NCBI GenBank assembly: GCA_965202625.1
Contig: CBDBBI010000010.1
Location: 160,001-224,000 of the forward strand
Origin: a bacterium
GTDB lineage: Bacteria; UBA8248
Length of the DNA stretch: 64,000 nucleotides
Reading direction: 5' to 3'
The notes under the pieces are model-generated. The model was not told the DNA's origin and ran no database searches. It saw only the letters and a list, made by a program, of their open reading frames with translations. This document shows, one piece after another, positions 9,571 to 20,074 of the stretch. Positions within the stretch are counted from its first letter, which is position 1; each line of letters opens with the position of its first letter. The position numbers were made by a program, and so were the translations under genes.

Positions 9571-11648
9571 TTTTGGTTCTCAAATTTTGGAATTGTGGGG
9601 AATTTCAGCCATTCGTTGAAGTCGAAGGCGAAATCCCCCGTGATGGTGGGGCGGATTTTTCGCGGCTGTATATTTCCGTCCTTCAGGCGTTTGGCGATGG
9701 CGATTTTTCTATCGAGAAGCGCCGTCCATTTTCCGACGTATAAGAACGTGTAGGGCTGATCCGCGGCGATGATGCGGTGAAGGGCGTGCGCGTAGCGAAC
9801 CTGGGTTGCCAAGTCGTATTCCTGGCGGATTTTCACGATCCACTCATCCGCCCTCGGATTTTTGTAGCCCACGAAATTGAGCTGTCCCTTTCCGGTCTGG
9901 CTCGAATGCCATATCTGGTAGAGATCCGGCTCAAGGCCGAGACTCCAGCCGAGGATGACCGCGTCGAAATTCAGCTGGTTGACGTGTTTTTTGATGAACA
10001 CGGCCCATTCGACTTGAGAGAAGCTGATCTTGACGCCGATTTTCTTCCAGGCGTCCTGCACGACGGTGCCGACGGCGCGCCTGATCTCGTTGCCGTGGTT
10101 TGTCATCAAGTTAAAGGCGAGGGGCTTTCCGTCTTTCATGAGGATTCCGTCTTTTCTCCGAAATCCGGCTTCATGGAGCATCCGCACCGCCCCCTTGGGG
10201 TCATAGGGCAGGGGCTTGATGCTGCGGTCGTAGTGCGGGCTCTGCTTTGCGAAGGGGCCGGTAATGTCCTCCGCCTCGCCATTGAGCACGTAGCGGTGAA
10301 TCTGCTTGGTGTTCACCGCCATGCCGAGGGCCTTGCGCACACGCGCGTCCTGAAAAGGCCAGCGCCGCATGTTGTAGCCGATGTAACTGAACCCGAAGCC
10401 CAGCCCCGAGAATACCTGGAACCTCGGGTCTTTTCTGAGTCGTTCGACCTGATGGGCGCCCGCCCCGTAGCGGTCCACCGTTCCGGCGTAGAACGTGATC
10501 TCCTGCGTGAGGGGGTCAGGCAGAATTCTGTAGATATATTCGTCGTATTTGGGTGGCCCTTCCCAGTAGTCCTCGTTTCGCCGGAGCTTGATGCGCTCAT
10601 CCGAGCGCCATTCTTTGAAGATGAACGGTCCCGTGCCGACCGGATTTCGGTTGAACGCGCTGTCGCGCACGCTGAAATTTTTCGGGTCCTTGCCCTCGCG
10701 AAGTGCCTCCTCGCGCAGTTTTTCGCGGTTGAGCAGATGCTCGGGCAACATCCCCATGCCCCACGTGCCGAAGGCGGGAGAGTAGAGGCGCTTGTAGGTG
10801 AGCCTGACCGTGAACCTGTCGGGTGTTTCCACGCGCTTGATGGGTTCAAAGTCCGACTTGCGGGGAGAGAGGTTTTGCGGATTCATTATGGCTTCGTAGG
10901 TGAAGCGCACGTCTGCGGAGTCGAACTCGTGGCCGTCGTGAAAGCGCACCCCGCGCCTTAAATGGAAGATGATGACGGGGTTGTGCTCGGTGAGGCGAAC
11001 GCGCTGGGAGGCGAGGGGGAGCAGGCGCCCAGGCAGCGCGGTCTTGACGTAGGGAGCGGCATCGGCCGCTACGCCTCTTGCTCCCAGCCACTCTCGAAGG
11101 CGGGTGAACAAGTCCTGATCCACGTTTTTGAGCGTGACCCGCACGCGCTCGGGATAGGAAATGAGAATCGCCATGCGCCCAGGTTTTCCTCGCCCTTTGG
11201 ACGGCGGGGTGTGGATGAACGTTTTTTGCTCGCCTGGGGCTATAACCGTTACTTCCTGAATGTTTTTCAGCCACGGGGCCTCGTTGGCGTCGCGTCCCCG
11301 CGCGATGCGCTTCGCCAGGGCCTTCGCACCCGGACCATCGGGATGAGGCACGAAGAACGCCTCCTCATAGACTCTCCACGAGGTGGCCAGCCGACCCCGA
11401 TAGGAGAGATCGCGGTCCCTGTCGATGAGTCCCTCGAATATCTGGTTGACGATCGCGCCGCTTGCCGAGTCGGCTTCAAGGACGGGGTTGAGGATTTGCG
11501 CGTCGGCGATGGAGCCGGTTATGAACTGGCGGAGGCGCTTGTCGTCGCCTCTGGTTTGATCGGAAAACGTCGGAATCCAAAAGTAGGACTGGAACAACAC
11601 GGCGGTGATGAGCAGGGGGAGCAGCAGTAAAAGGCGTTTGATCAGCAT
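9567..11648 (-). CDS. Peptide ABC transporter substrate-binding protein (SBP family 5)
   Basis: LRRGVRFHDGHEFDSADVRFT, PVGTGPF, FQDARVRKAL, YDPKGA. Confidence 0.92.
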   Translation of the reverse strand: MLIKRLLLLLPLLITAVLFQSYFWIPTFSDQTRGDDKRLRQFITGSIADAQILNPVLEADSASGAIVNQIFEGLIDRDRDLSYRGRLATSWRVYEEAFFVPHPDGPGAKALAKRIARGRDANEAPWLKNIQEVTVIAPGEQKTFIHTPPSKGRGKPGRMAILISYPERVRVTLKNVDQDLFTRLREWLGARGVAADAAPYVKTALPGRLLPLASQRVRLTEHNPVIIFHLRRGVRFHDGHEFDSADVRFTYEAIMNPQNLSPRKSDFEPIKRVETPDRFTVRLTYKRLYSPAFGTWGMGMLPEHLLNREKLREEALREGKDPKNFSVRDSAFNRNPVGTGPFIFKEWRSDERIKLRRNEDYWEGPPKYDEYIYRILPDPLTQEITFYAGTVDRYGAGAHQVERLRKDPRFQVFSGLGFGFSYIGYNMRRWPFQDARVRKALGMAVNTKQIHRYVLNGEAEDITGPFAKQSPHYDRSIKPLPYDPKGAVRMLHEAGFRRKDGILMKDGKPLAFNLMTNHGNEIRRAVGTVVQDAWKKIGVKISFSQVEWAVFIKKHVNQLNFDAVILGWSLGLEPDLYQIWHSSQTGKGQLNFVGYKNPRADEWIVKIRQEYDLATQVRYAHALHRIIAADQPYTFLYVGKWTALLDRKIAIAKRLKDGNIQPRKIRPTITGDFAFDFNEWLKFPTIPKFENQN

Positions 11649-11695
11649 CGTCGGCCCTTAGCGTGCGCGTATCGTGAAGCCCAGGGCGCAGAGCA

Positions 11696-12025
11696 TTACT
11701 TTTGCACAGGCGCGGCCGATTGCGGGGATGGGGCAGGGGTCTGCGCGGGAGCTGGGCGCAGCGGCGCGGAAGGCACTATCGAGGCGCCTTGCTGGCTGCT
11801 TTGGGAGCCGATGTAGGTGAGCAAGAGCGAAGTCGCCATGAATAGGACGGCGGCACCCGTCGTGAGCTTGCTCAGAAAGCTCACGGGCCCTCGAGAGCCA
11901 AACATTGTGTCGCTGGATCCGCCGAAAGCGGCGCCGATGCCGCCGCCCTTGCCCGCCTGGAGAAGCACTGAAAGAACGAGGCAAAGCGCCACGGCCACGT
12001 GCAAAACCGTCAGAACTATCGTCAT
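11696..12025 (-). CDS. secG: Preprotein translocase subunit SecG
   Basis: VLLQAGKGGGIGAAFGG, FLSKLT; two TM segments; follows tpiA. Confidence 0.95.
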   Translation of the reverse strand: MTIVLTVLHVAVALCLVLSVLLQAGKGGGIGAAFGGSSDTMFGSRGPVSFLSKLTTGAAVLFMATSLLLTYIGSQSSQQGASIVPSAPLRPAPAQTPAPSPQSAAPVQK

Positions 12026-12038
12026 TTTCCCACTCTTT

Positions 12039-12809
12039 TCATTTACGCGCGGAAGTCATCAAGGCGGCGCGGACAATTTTCAGGAAATCCGCACTTTTCA
12101 AACTGGCCCCGCCGATGAGGCCGCCATCAATATCTGGTTGCGAGAACAGTGCCGCGGCGTTGTCCGGCTTCACGCTACCTCCATAGAGAATACGGGTTTC
12201 TTGTGCCCGTTGCAAGCCATAACCCTCCTCAAGCCTTCTGCGGATGAAGGCGTGCGCTTCTTGCGCCTGCTCGGGCGTGGCCGTGAGTCCCGTGCCGATG
12301 GCCCATACGGGTTCATACGCGATGATCAAGCCATCGGCGAGAGTGGAGGAAAACGCGCCCTGAATCGATGTTTTCATCTGATGGGAGATGCGAGCGAGCG
12401 TAGAGCCCGCACGTCTCGTGGGAAGCGGCTCCCCCATACAAAGGATTGGGACGAGTCCGCCCGCGCTCGCCGCCGCGGCCTTTTGGGCGATGAGGGCGTC
12501 GCCCTCTCCCATCATCTCTCGCCTTTCGCTGTGTCCGAGAATGACGTAAGATGCGCCTGCGTCCTTGAGCATGGAGACGCTCACCTCGCCGGTGTATGCG
12601 CCCTCCGGATGGTGCGAACAGTTTTGCCCGGCGACGCTGAGCCCACTCTCCGCCACCGCCGAGAGCGATGGATACGGGGGTGCCAGGAGGATATCCACTC
12701 CGGAGAGTCCCTCGCGCGCGACGCCATCGGCCACCTCGCGCGCCAGCGTCCTTGCCTCGCGAATCGTCTTGTTCATCTTCCAGTTGCCCGCCACCACCGC
12801 GCGCCGCAT
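12039..12809 (-). CDS. tpiA: Triose-phosphate isomerase
   Basis: AGNWKMN, GHSERR, AYEPVWAIGTG, YGGSVK, GGASL; AGGAGG before ATG 12809. Confidence 0.98.
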   Translation of the reverse strand: MRRAVVAGNWKMNKTIREARTLAREVADGVAREGLSGVDILLAPPYPSLSAVAESGLSVAGQNCSHHPEGAYTGEVSVSMLKDAGASYVILGHSERREMMGEGDALIAQKAAAASAGGLVPILCMGEPLPTRRAGSTLARISHQMKTSIQGAFSSTLADGLIIAYEPVWAIGTGLTATPEQAQEAHAFIRRRLEEGYGLQRAQETRILYGGSVKPDNAAALFSQPDIDGGLIGGASLKSADFLKIVRAALMTSARK

Positions 12810-12875
12810 CGACAAGTTCCTCCTCATGATCGGGTGCGCCCTGAAATGGAAGGCGGCGTGATTGCTATGAAAGTC

Positions 12876-14099
12876 TTAATTCTTGTCCGTCAGGCACGCC
12901 AGGCCAGGCAGTTCTTTTCCTTCAAGCAGCTCGAGAAAGGCACCGCCGCCCGTGCTGATGTATGAGATGCGGCGTGATTCTCCCGCCGCGTGAACAGCCA
13001 CGTCCGTGTCGCCCCCTCCGACTATCGTCAAAGCGTAGGAGTTCGCCACGTGATTCACCATGGCATACGTCCCGCGCGAGAAGGCGTCGAGCTCGAACAC
13101 GCCCATCGGGCCGTTCCAGATGATGGTTTTGGCGTCCTGGAGCACCTCGCTGAACAGGGTGGTGCTCGCCGGGCCGATGTCCAGGGCATACCATTCGTTT
13201 GGGATTTCCTGCGCAGGCACGACCTTGGTTTCGGCGGATGCCTCGAATTTGTCCGCTATCACGTAGTCGCTTGGCAGGTAGAGCTTCACCTCCAGCTCCT
13301 GTGCCTTGTTCATGATGGAGCGCGCCGTATCCACCATGTGTTCCTCGACCAGGCTATTTCCCATCTCGAAGCCCATCGCGCGATGGAAGGTTCCCGCCAT
13401 TCCCCCTCCGATGATGATCTTGTCCATCTTCGGCAGTATGCGCTCGACGATGCCGATTTTCGTGCTCGCCTTCGCCCCTCCGAGGATCGCCACGACGGGC
13501 CGCATCGGCTTGTTCACCGCCCCGCTGAGATAGCTCACCTCCTTGATCATCAGAAAACCGGCGGCCGCCGGGCTCAGAAATTTCGTTATCGCCGACATTG
13601 AGGCATGGTTGCGGTGAGCGTTGCCGAACGCGTCGCTGATGTAGAGGTCGGCCAGAGAGGCGAGTTTTCGTGCGAATTTCTCGTCGTTTTTCTCCTCCCC
13701 CGGGTGAAACCTGAGATTCTCCAGCAGGAGAACTTCGCCGGGCTTCATCTGTGCCGCCATGCTTTTCGTCTCCGCTCCGGTGCAATCGGGTGCTAGGGGG
13801 CATTCCTTGTCCAGAAGCCGGGCCAGACGCTTTCCGACCGGAGCTAGGGAGTTTTTCGAGACGGATTTCCCCTTCGGCCGGCCGAGGTGGGAGGCGATGA
13901 CGACCCGCGCTCCCTCATCCATGAGGTAATTGATGGTGGGCAGAGCCGCTCGAATGCGGGCGTCGTCGGTGATGTGCCCCTGCTCGTCTAACGGCACATT
14001 GAAGTCAACGCGCAGGAAAACCCGCTTGCCCCCGACGTCGACGTCCTCCACGCCGAGTTTCGGGTCGCCGTTTTCGATGGTACTCGTGATCGTTCCCAT
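12876..14099 (-). CDS. pgk: Phosphoglycerate kinase
   Basis: RVDFNVP, SHLGRPKG, LENLRF, WNGPMGVFE, ISTGGGAFLE. Confidence 0.98.
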   Translation of the reverse strand: MGTITSTIENGDPKLGVEDVDVGGKRVFLRVDFNVPLDEQGHITDDARIRAALPTINYLMDEGARVVIASHLGRPKGKSVSKNSLAPVGKRLARLLDKECPLAPDCTGAETKSMAAQMKPGEVLLLENLRFHPGEEKNDEKFARKLASLADLYISDAFGNAHRNHASMSAITKFLSPAAAGFLMIKEVSYLSGAVNKPMRPVVAILGGAKASTKIGIVERILPKMDKIIIGGGMAGTFHRAMGFEMGNSLVEEHMVDTARSIMNKAQELEVKLYLPSDYVIADKFEASAETKVVPAQEIPNEWYALDIGPASTTLFSEVLQDAKTIIWNGPMGVFELDAFSRGTYAMVNHVANSYALTIVGGGDTDVAVHAAGESRRISYISTGGGAFLELLEGKELPGLACLTDKN

Positions 14100-14114
14100 G
14101 ATTCTCCCGGTGTT

Positions 14115-15119
14115 TTAGAGTCCGGCGCCCACTTTGTTGATGAGGTCCACCATCCGGCACGAAAACCCCCATTCGTTGTCATACCAGGCGATGACCTTGA
14201 CCATCTTTTTGTCGAGCACTTTTGTCGAGAGGCCGTCCACGGTGGAGGACGCCGGATTTCCAAGATAGTCAACCGACACCAAAGGCTCCTCCGTGTAGTC
14301 GAGTATCCCTTTCAGGGTGCCACTGGCCGCCTCCCGCAAGGCGTCGTTCACCTCCTCCACCGTCACCTCCTCCTCCACCTCGACCACAAGGTCGACGACC
14401 GAGACGTTCTGCGTAGGCACGCGAATCGCCATGCCGTCGAGTCGGCCGTTGAGTTCGGGAAGAACGAGGCCCACGGCTTTCGCCGCACCCGTAGAGGTGG
14501 GAATCATGCTCACCGCCGCGGCCCGCGCGCGCCGGAGATCGGAGTGGGGGAGGTCGAGAATCTTCTGGTCGTTCGTGTATGCGTGCGTCGTAGTCATCAA
14601 CCCGTGCCTGACCTTGAATTTCTCGTGCAGCACCTTGGCCACGGGCGCGAGGCAGTTTGTGGTGCAACTCGCATTCGAGATGACGTGGTGGGAGGAGGCG
14701 TCATATTTCTCATCGTTCACGCCCAGGACGATGGTGACGTCCTCATCTGTCGCTGGAGCGGAGATGACGACCTTTCGCGCTCCTGCCTTCAAATGTTTTT
14801 CCGCGTCCGGCCTTTTGGTGAAAATTCCCGTGCTCTCAACGGCCACTTGCACGCCCATATCCGCCCATGGGAGGTTCGCCGGGTCGCGCTCTGAAAGCAC
14901 GCGGATGGATTTTCCATTGACCCTGATCTCCGCGTCTCCGACTTCCACATTTCCTTGAAATCGGCCGTGGACGGAGTCAAACCTCAACAGGTGGGCCAAG
15001 GTTTTCGGGTCCGTCAGGTCGTTGACGGCGAGGAATTCGATGTTCGCGTCTTCCAGTCCCGCACGAAAAAGGTTTCGCCCAATCCTGCCAAAACCGTTGA
15101 TGCCAACTTTGATTCCCAT
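14115..15119 (-). CDS. gap: Type I glyceraldehyde-3-phosphate dehydrogenase
   Basis: [29 protein letters not shown]; start taken at ATG 15119. Confidence 0.98.
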   Translation of the reverse strand: MGIKVGINGFGRIGRNLFRAGLEDANIEFLAVNDLTDPKTLAHLLRFDSVHGRFQGNVEVGDAEIRVNGKSIRVLSERDPANLPWADMGVQVAVESTGIFTKRPDAEKHLKAGARKVVISAPATDEDVTIVLGVNDEKYDASSHHVISNASCTTNCLAPVAKVLHEKFKVRHGLMTTTHAYTNDQKILDLPHSDLRRARAAAVSMIPTSTGAAKAVGLVLPELNGRLDGMAIRVPTQNVSVVDLVVEVEEEVTVEEVNDALREAASGTLKGILDYTEEPLVSVDYLGNPASSTVDGLSTKVLDKKMVKVIAWYDNEWGFSCRMVDLINKVGAGL

Positions 15120-15145
15120 TTCTTTGAACCCCTCTCTCCTTGAAG

Positions 15146-15243
15146 AGTATAGCAATATAAAGGGTGGTTTATCGCTCTGGCCCCAACGGACATTTTCTCA
15201 TTCTTGACGGGCGGATTCTACCTGATGCGACGCCCCGTTCCAA
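15146..15243 (-). promoter_or_regulatory. Putative sigma70 promoter(s) of the gap-pgk-tpiA-secG operon
   Basis: Minus strand TTGGAA-17 nt-TAGAAT (15243..15215) and an extended -10 TGCTATACT (15154..15146). Confidence 0.45.
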
Positions 15244-15485
15244 GCCGCGCCCGAAAGTTTTCCACCGCTCGTCCATGACGGCGGATGCGTCTGTGAAAAG
15301 TCGGCGCCCCGCCGGTGAAGATCCGCCTGGGAGGAATGATATCTTTCTCCTCATCCCACTCGTGCGGAAAGGCACCGTCTGGACGAGAGCTTCTGGGAGC
15401 GATTTCCCGCTCGCCGGCCGGTGTCCCTCGCGCACAGGGAACGTTCACTCCCGAGACGCAACGTGGATGTGGTGAAAGTGGAAGC

Positions 15486-17207
15486 CTATTTTTTTCGTCT
15501 GCGTTTTCGGGTTTCATCTTCGTTGATTTCAAAGATGGGGGAGTGCCCCAGAACCACGCCATAGACCGACTCCGCCGATTCCCTGGAGACGAAACCGCGC
15601 AGGACGTCGGCGCGCACCTGCTGTGGGCCGCGCTCGTTCGGGTTGCCCCATCCCCCGCCGCCGGGCGTGGAGACCTGAATCGAATCGCCGCTTGAGAACG
15701 AGCGGGACGCGCTGACCGCCGGTGCGTCGATGCGCTTTTTTCCGGAGAGATGGCGTATCCGATAGGGTTTTCCGGCCGATCCTCCGGCACCGCCCGAGGG
15801 TCCTGCGTCTGCGCATCCAGCGGCGCTCGCCGCCACGCCCTCCATCAGCAGGCGATATACCCTGTCTACGCCCAGACCGCCTCGGTGCTTGCCCGCGCCT
15901 CCGGAGTCGGGCGCCAGCCCCATCGACTCTACGCGCACCGGATAGCGCGCTTCCATCACCTCGACCGGCATTCCGCCGGTAGCGCCCAGTGGGGGGACTG
16001 CGGAAGCTCCATCACCTCCCATGTGGGCGCCCGCGCCCGCGCCGAGGGCTTCTCGGAGCAAGTGGGAATCGCCCTTTTTATCGTGTCCCCAAAAACTGAG
16101 CGTTCTTAAACTGTCGAAGCCGGCCGGTGCCCGCCCTCCCGACGCCTGAAAGAGCGCTTCGCCGAACGCCGAGAGCAGTTTCCCGAGGGTGAGCGCCCTC
16201 AGTCCCGTCGGCGCGGGGAAGCGGGGAGTCAGCATCGTTCCCGGTCCCGGCAGCTGAACCTCGAACGTTCTCAGTGCCCCGTCGTTCAGGGGAAATTCCT
16301 CCTCATCTTTCGCGAGATGGAGCAGCATGGGCGCGAGGAGGCGGATGAGAAACTGGACGCCTTCTCCTTCAAGGGGGCAGTTTGTCGGGCCCTTGGTTTG
16401 TGGGGCGGCGCCTCTCAAATCAACCCCCAGCGTGTCTTCGCGCCGCTTGAGCTGGAGATTCAGCTCGTGGGGGCCGCTCACGCCGTCTGACTCCACGACC
16501 GTGCGCACCGTCCAGTTTTTCTCAGGTATCTGGGGGATGATCTGTTCGCGAAACGCGAGTTCGCACTCTCTGAGCAAGTCGGCGAAGCAGGCGGATAGGT
16601 TCTCCGCTCCATAGCGGCGCGTCAAATCCTTGAGACGCCTCGCGCCGACGCGAAGCGCGCCGAGTTGGGCGTCGATGTCATCGCTCAGGTGATGTGCTTG
16701 TCGACTGTTCCTCAAGAGCAGAGTTTTCACGTCTTCGACGGTCTCCTCACCCCGCGCGATCCGCACCGGGGGAATGAGAACGCCCTCATGGTAGCTCTCT
16801 GTCGCGCCGACGCTCCCCCCGCCGGGCAGGGCGCCGCCCAGATCGTCATGTCGTCCTCTAATCTGCAAAAAGGCGATGAGCGCCTCACCTGAGAACAAAG
16901 GACGTGTGAGGCACAGCTCGGCGGCTTCGCCAAGGCCCGCCGGCAGGATATAGGGGTCGTTGTGAAGAAAAACGTCTCCCTCCGCTATTTCGGGATACGA
17001 ACGGAGGATGGGTGCGGGGCCGGAGGCCAGGACCCGCCCAGTGAGGGCGCGACCGAAGCGGTCGAACAGGCAGACGGAGAAATCGCCCGCGTCACGCAGC
17101 GAGGGGCTGCGCCAGATGCGGGCGAGGAGTTCTTCCACCTCCTCCTCGATGGCGCGCAGCGCGCCGGACAGGATTTCGCTCACGATGGGGTTTGCGTTCA
17201 TCGCCAT
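15486..17207 (-). CDS. Hydantoinase B/oxoprolinase family protein
   Basis: NDPY, HDDLGG, EG..IPPV, PVEVMEARYP, DSGGAGKHRGGLG, TPGGGGWGNP. Confidence 0.9.
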   Translation of the reverse strand: MAMNANPIVSEILSGALRAIEEEVEELLARIWRSPSLRDAGDFSVCLFDRFGRALTGRVLASGPAPILRSYPEIAEGDVFLHNDPYILPAGLGEAAELCLTRPLFSGEALIAFLQIRGRHDDLGGALPGGGSVGATESYHEGVLIPPVRIARGEETVEDVKTLLLRNSRQAHHLSDDIDAQLGALRVGARRLKDLTRRYGAENLSACFADLLRECELAFREQIIPQIPEKNWTVRTVVESDGVSGPHELNLQLKRREDTLGVDLRGAAPQTKGPTNCPLEGEGVQFLIRLLAPMLLHLAKDEEEFPLNDGALRTFEVQLPGPGTMLTPRFPAPTGLRALTLGKLLSAFGEALFQASGGRAPAGFDSLRTLSFWGHDKKGDSHLLREALGAGAGAHMGGDGASAVPPLGATGGMPVEVMEARYPVRVESMGLAPDSGGAGKHRGGLGVDRVYRLLMEGVAASAAGCADAGPSGGAGGSAGKPYRIRHLSGKKRIDAPAVSASRSFSSGDSIQVSTPGGGGWGNPNERGPQQVRADVLRGFVSRESAESVYGVVLGHSPIFEINEDETRKRRRKK

Positions 17208-19345
17208 TCCGCTCCCACGCCGTGCGCGCCCGTCGGCCTGCCGGCGCGCTCGGCGCGCTCGAAGACGCTTGAGCGAAAGCGCATCACCAGATTTCCGTAT
17301 CTATCGACCCGCGCCTCCTGTCTGGGGAATATCGTCGTGGTGCTGCCGAAGCTCTCCACTATCGCGGGTCCCGGAATGTAATTACTCTCCAGCAGCCTTT
17401 CCCTGTAATAGACAGGTGTGTCGTGGAATCCGCCGAACTCCTTGAACCAGACCAGACGGGCGCCCTTGTAGGCTTCCTCTGGGCTGTCGTCCCCGGCGGA
17501 AATTAAGGGCAAGTTCGGTGGCTCCGTCATGCCGACCCCCGCGACGCGCAAATGCGCGATCTCCACCGGGCGGCTTCCCTTGTGGTTGTAGGTATAGCGG
17601 CGTTTATATATCTGGTGGAAGCGTTCAATCACCTCTCCCAGCACCGGCGGGGTGATGTAGCCTCCAGGCACGTCCACTTCAATCTCCGTGGCTTCTCCCT
17701 GATATCGCATCTCCGCGGCGCGGCGCATCATGCGCCGACGCTCCGGAACGCCCTCGGCGTCGAGTCCCTCGGCGGCCTGTGCCTCGAGCCGCTCGTATGC
17801 CTCCGCCAGGGCTTCGGGGCGGAGATTATCTTCGGATTGATAGTGAGCCGACGCGTGATCGTTCACGAGGTCGACCACCTCCAGCCCAAAGGCGCTCGTC
17901 ATGCCTGCGAAGGGTGGAACGATGACGGTGTCGATGCTGAGTAGTTCGGCCACGAGACCGGCCGTAAGTGGACCGGAGCCGCCAAAGGCCATGAGGCCGA
18001 AATTCCCCGGTGAGATTCCCCTTTGCACCGTCGCGCGTCGCACGGCGTGGGCCTGGTTCCATGCGGCGATTTCGATGACGCCTGCGGCCATCTCGTAAGG
18101 GGTCATGCCGAATGGACCCGCCAGCGCGCGCATGGCCTTCATGGCGAGCGCCTTATTGAGCTTCACTTCGCCGCCCGCTAGGTGGAGAGGGCTGCGGGCC
18201 AGAAGCAGGTTCGCGTCGGTGAGCGTGGGCTCCTTCCCGCCCTTTCCATAGCAAATGGGCCCCGGGTCCGCGCCCGCGCTCCTCGGTCCGACGCGGAGTC
18301 TCCCCTCAGCGCTTCGCCAGGCGATGGAGCCGCCCCCTGTGCCGATGGTGACGATGTCGATCATCGGCGTTCTCAGGTGAAACTCATCCAGCTGGTGCCG
18401 TGTGGCGCGCTTGGCTTCCCCGCCTTCAATGACGGCGATGTCGGTGGAGGTGCCGCCGCCGTCCAAGGTGATGAGTTGTTCGTGTCCGGAGAGCCTTCCC
18501 AGATAGGCGGCGGACAGGGCGCCCGCGGCAGGCCCAGACAGGACGGTGCCTATCGGTCTTTTTGAGATTTCCCTCGCCGCCGAGACGCCGCCGTTGCTTT
18601 TCATGACGAGGAAGGGCGCGTCGCCCAGGGCCGCCTCGATTTTTTGGGCGCTGCTCTCCAGGTAGGCCTTGATGCGGGGCTTGATGCACGCATCGAGCAG
18701 CGTGGTGATGGCGCGCTCGTATTCACCAGGCTCTGGTATCACCTCGCTCGATATGCTCACGAAACATTCCGGGTATTCTTCTTCGAAGGCCTCAAGGATG
18801 GTTCGCTCATGGTGCGGGTTGGCGTAGGAGTGGAGTAGACAGACCCCCACGGAGCCGATGCCCTGTACCTTGAACCATCTCGCGAGCCTGAGCGCGTCGT
18901 CTTCGTCAATGGGTTTGAGTACCTCGCCGGACGCGGAAATTCTCTCTCTCGCCTCTTGAATTCGCTCGGGAGGCACCAGCGCATGTCGAGGTTTTTGCAG
19001 CAGGGAGGCGGCGTAGTGCCCGCTGTGTTTGCCGTTCGCTCCGCCTATCTCAAGGAGGTGGCGAAAACCTCCTGTGATGATGAACCCCAAATCCTCGAAT
19101 CGACGCTCCAAGATGGCGTTCGTCGCCACGGTCGTGCCGTGGAACACGCCGCTAACGAGGGCGGGGCGCGTCTTGGTTTCCGCCAGTATTTTCCGGATTC
19201 CCTCAAAGAGCCCATCGCTGAAGTCGGCGGGCGTCGTCGGCGTCTTGGTGGTGAACACTTCTCCGGTGTCCGAGCGCACGCCGACCACGTCGGTGAACGT
19301 GCCGCCCGTGTCCACCCCAATGCGCAGTCCGCGTTTTGAAGTCAT
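17198..19345 (-). CDS. Hydantoinase A/oxoprolinase family protein
   Basis: IGVDTGGTFTD, HGTTVATNA, SGPAAG, DGGGTSTD, GTGGGSIA, SAGADPGP; start taken at ATG 19345 (MTSKRGLR). Confidence 0.93.
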   Translation of the reverse strand: MTSKRGLRIGVDTGGTFTDVVGVRSDTGEVFTTKTPTTPADFSDGLFEGIRKILAETKTRPALVSGVFHGTTVATNAILERRFEDLGFIITGGFRHLLEIGGANGKHSGHYAASLLQKPRHALVPPERIQEARERISASGEVLKPIDEDDALRLARWFKVQGIGSVGVCLLHSYANPHHERTILEAFEEEYPECFVSISSEVIPEPGEYERAITTLLDACIKPRIKAYLESSAQKIEAALGDAPFLVMKSNGGVSAAREISKRPIGTVLSGPAAGALSAAYLGRLSGHEQLITLDGGGTSTDIAVIEGGEAKRATRHQLDEFHLRTPMIDIVTIGTGGGSIAWRSAEGRLRVGPRSAGADPGPICYGKGGKEPTLTDANLLLARSPLHLAGGEVKLNKALAMKAMRALAGPFGMTPYEMAAGVIEIAAWNQAHAVRRATVQRGISPGNFGLMAFGGSGPLTAGLVAELLSIDTVIVPPFAGMTSAFGLEVVDLVNDHASAHYQSEDNLRPEALAEAYERLEAQAAEGLDAEGVPERRRMMRRAAEMRYQGEATEIEVDVPGGYITPPVLGEVIERFHQIYKRRYTYNHKGSRPVEIAHLRVAGVGMTEPPNLPLISAGDDSPEEAYKGARLVWFKEFGGFHDTPVYYRERLLESNYIPGPAIVESFGSTTTIFPRQEARVDRYGNLVMRFRSSVFERAERAGRPTGAHGVGAEWR

Positions 19346-19362
19346 GCTCCAGCGGCTCTCGC

Positions 19363-19782
19363 CTAGCGCGTAAAGAGAAACGCGGCCATGGCGGCGCAGG
19401 CCAGTCCGCCGAGCTTGGCGAGCGGAAAATCCTCGCCGAGGAAGATCGCCGCCATCACCGCGGTGACGCCCGGATAGAGGGCCGAGAGTGCCACCACGCC
19501 GGCCGTTTGTTCTCCCGCCTTGGAGAGAGCCAAAACCAGGAAGAGCATGGCCAGCAAGGTGGCCAGCGTGGCGACCATGGGCAGCCAGACATCCCCGCGC
19601 ATCGGGGGAAGGGGGAACTGCCTGCTGAGTATGGCGAGGAGGACGACGGCGGCGGTGGTCACTCCCATCCCCATGAGGTGGGGTATGGCCCCCAGACGCT
19701 CTTGTCCCAGCTTCATAAGAAGTCCCCATACTCCGAAACACAGGACGGAAAGAAGCGTGAAGCCCAAGGCGGTCGCGTTCAT
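19363..19782 (-). CDS. Small EamA/DMT family transporter
   Basis: 139 aa with about 5 TM segments; VVALSALYPGVTAVMAAIFLGE signature. Confidence 0.8.
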   Translation of the reverse strand: MNATALGFTLLSVLCFGVWGLLMKLGQERLGAIPHLMGMGVTTAAVVLLAILSRQFPLPPMRGDVWLPMVATLATLLAMLFLVLALSKAGEQTAGVVALSALYPGVTAVMAAIFLGEDFPLAKLGGLACAAMAAFLFTR

Positions 19783-20074
19783 CGCCTTCCCCCTAAGAAT
19801 GCGTTTTCCCGCGCGGCGGAACGTTCTCGTTTCGCCTGGACGACGCTTTGATGGTTTTTCGACCGATTCGTCGCCAAGCGGCTTTATACAGCAACACAGG
19901 GATGAGGAAAAGATGAGAGTCTCCTTTCACAAGTACTCTCGGAAACCGGATTTGCCTTGACATTCGTCCTTGCCGTTCTCAGTATCTCATAAGGCAAGCG
20001 AGGCGGGGGGTATGGTGGTTGAGTTGTCTGGTACGATTGAGTTAACTCAATTTCTTTTGCTTGGAGACTTCTTG

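Noticed and set aside
19346-19741. N-terminal extension of hydantoinase A in the 847-aa ORF
   Set aside because: It overlaps the EamA gene in another frame and is low-complexity Arg/Gly-rich; the family N-terminus starts at 19345.
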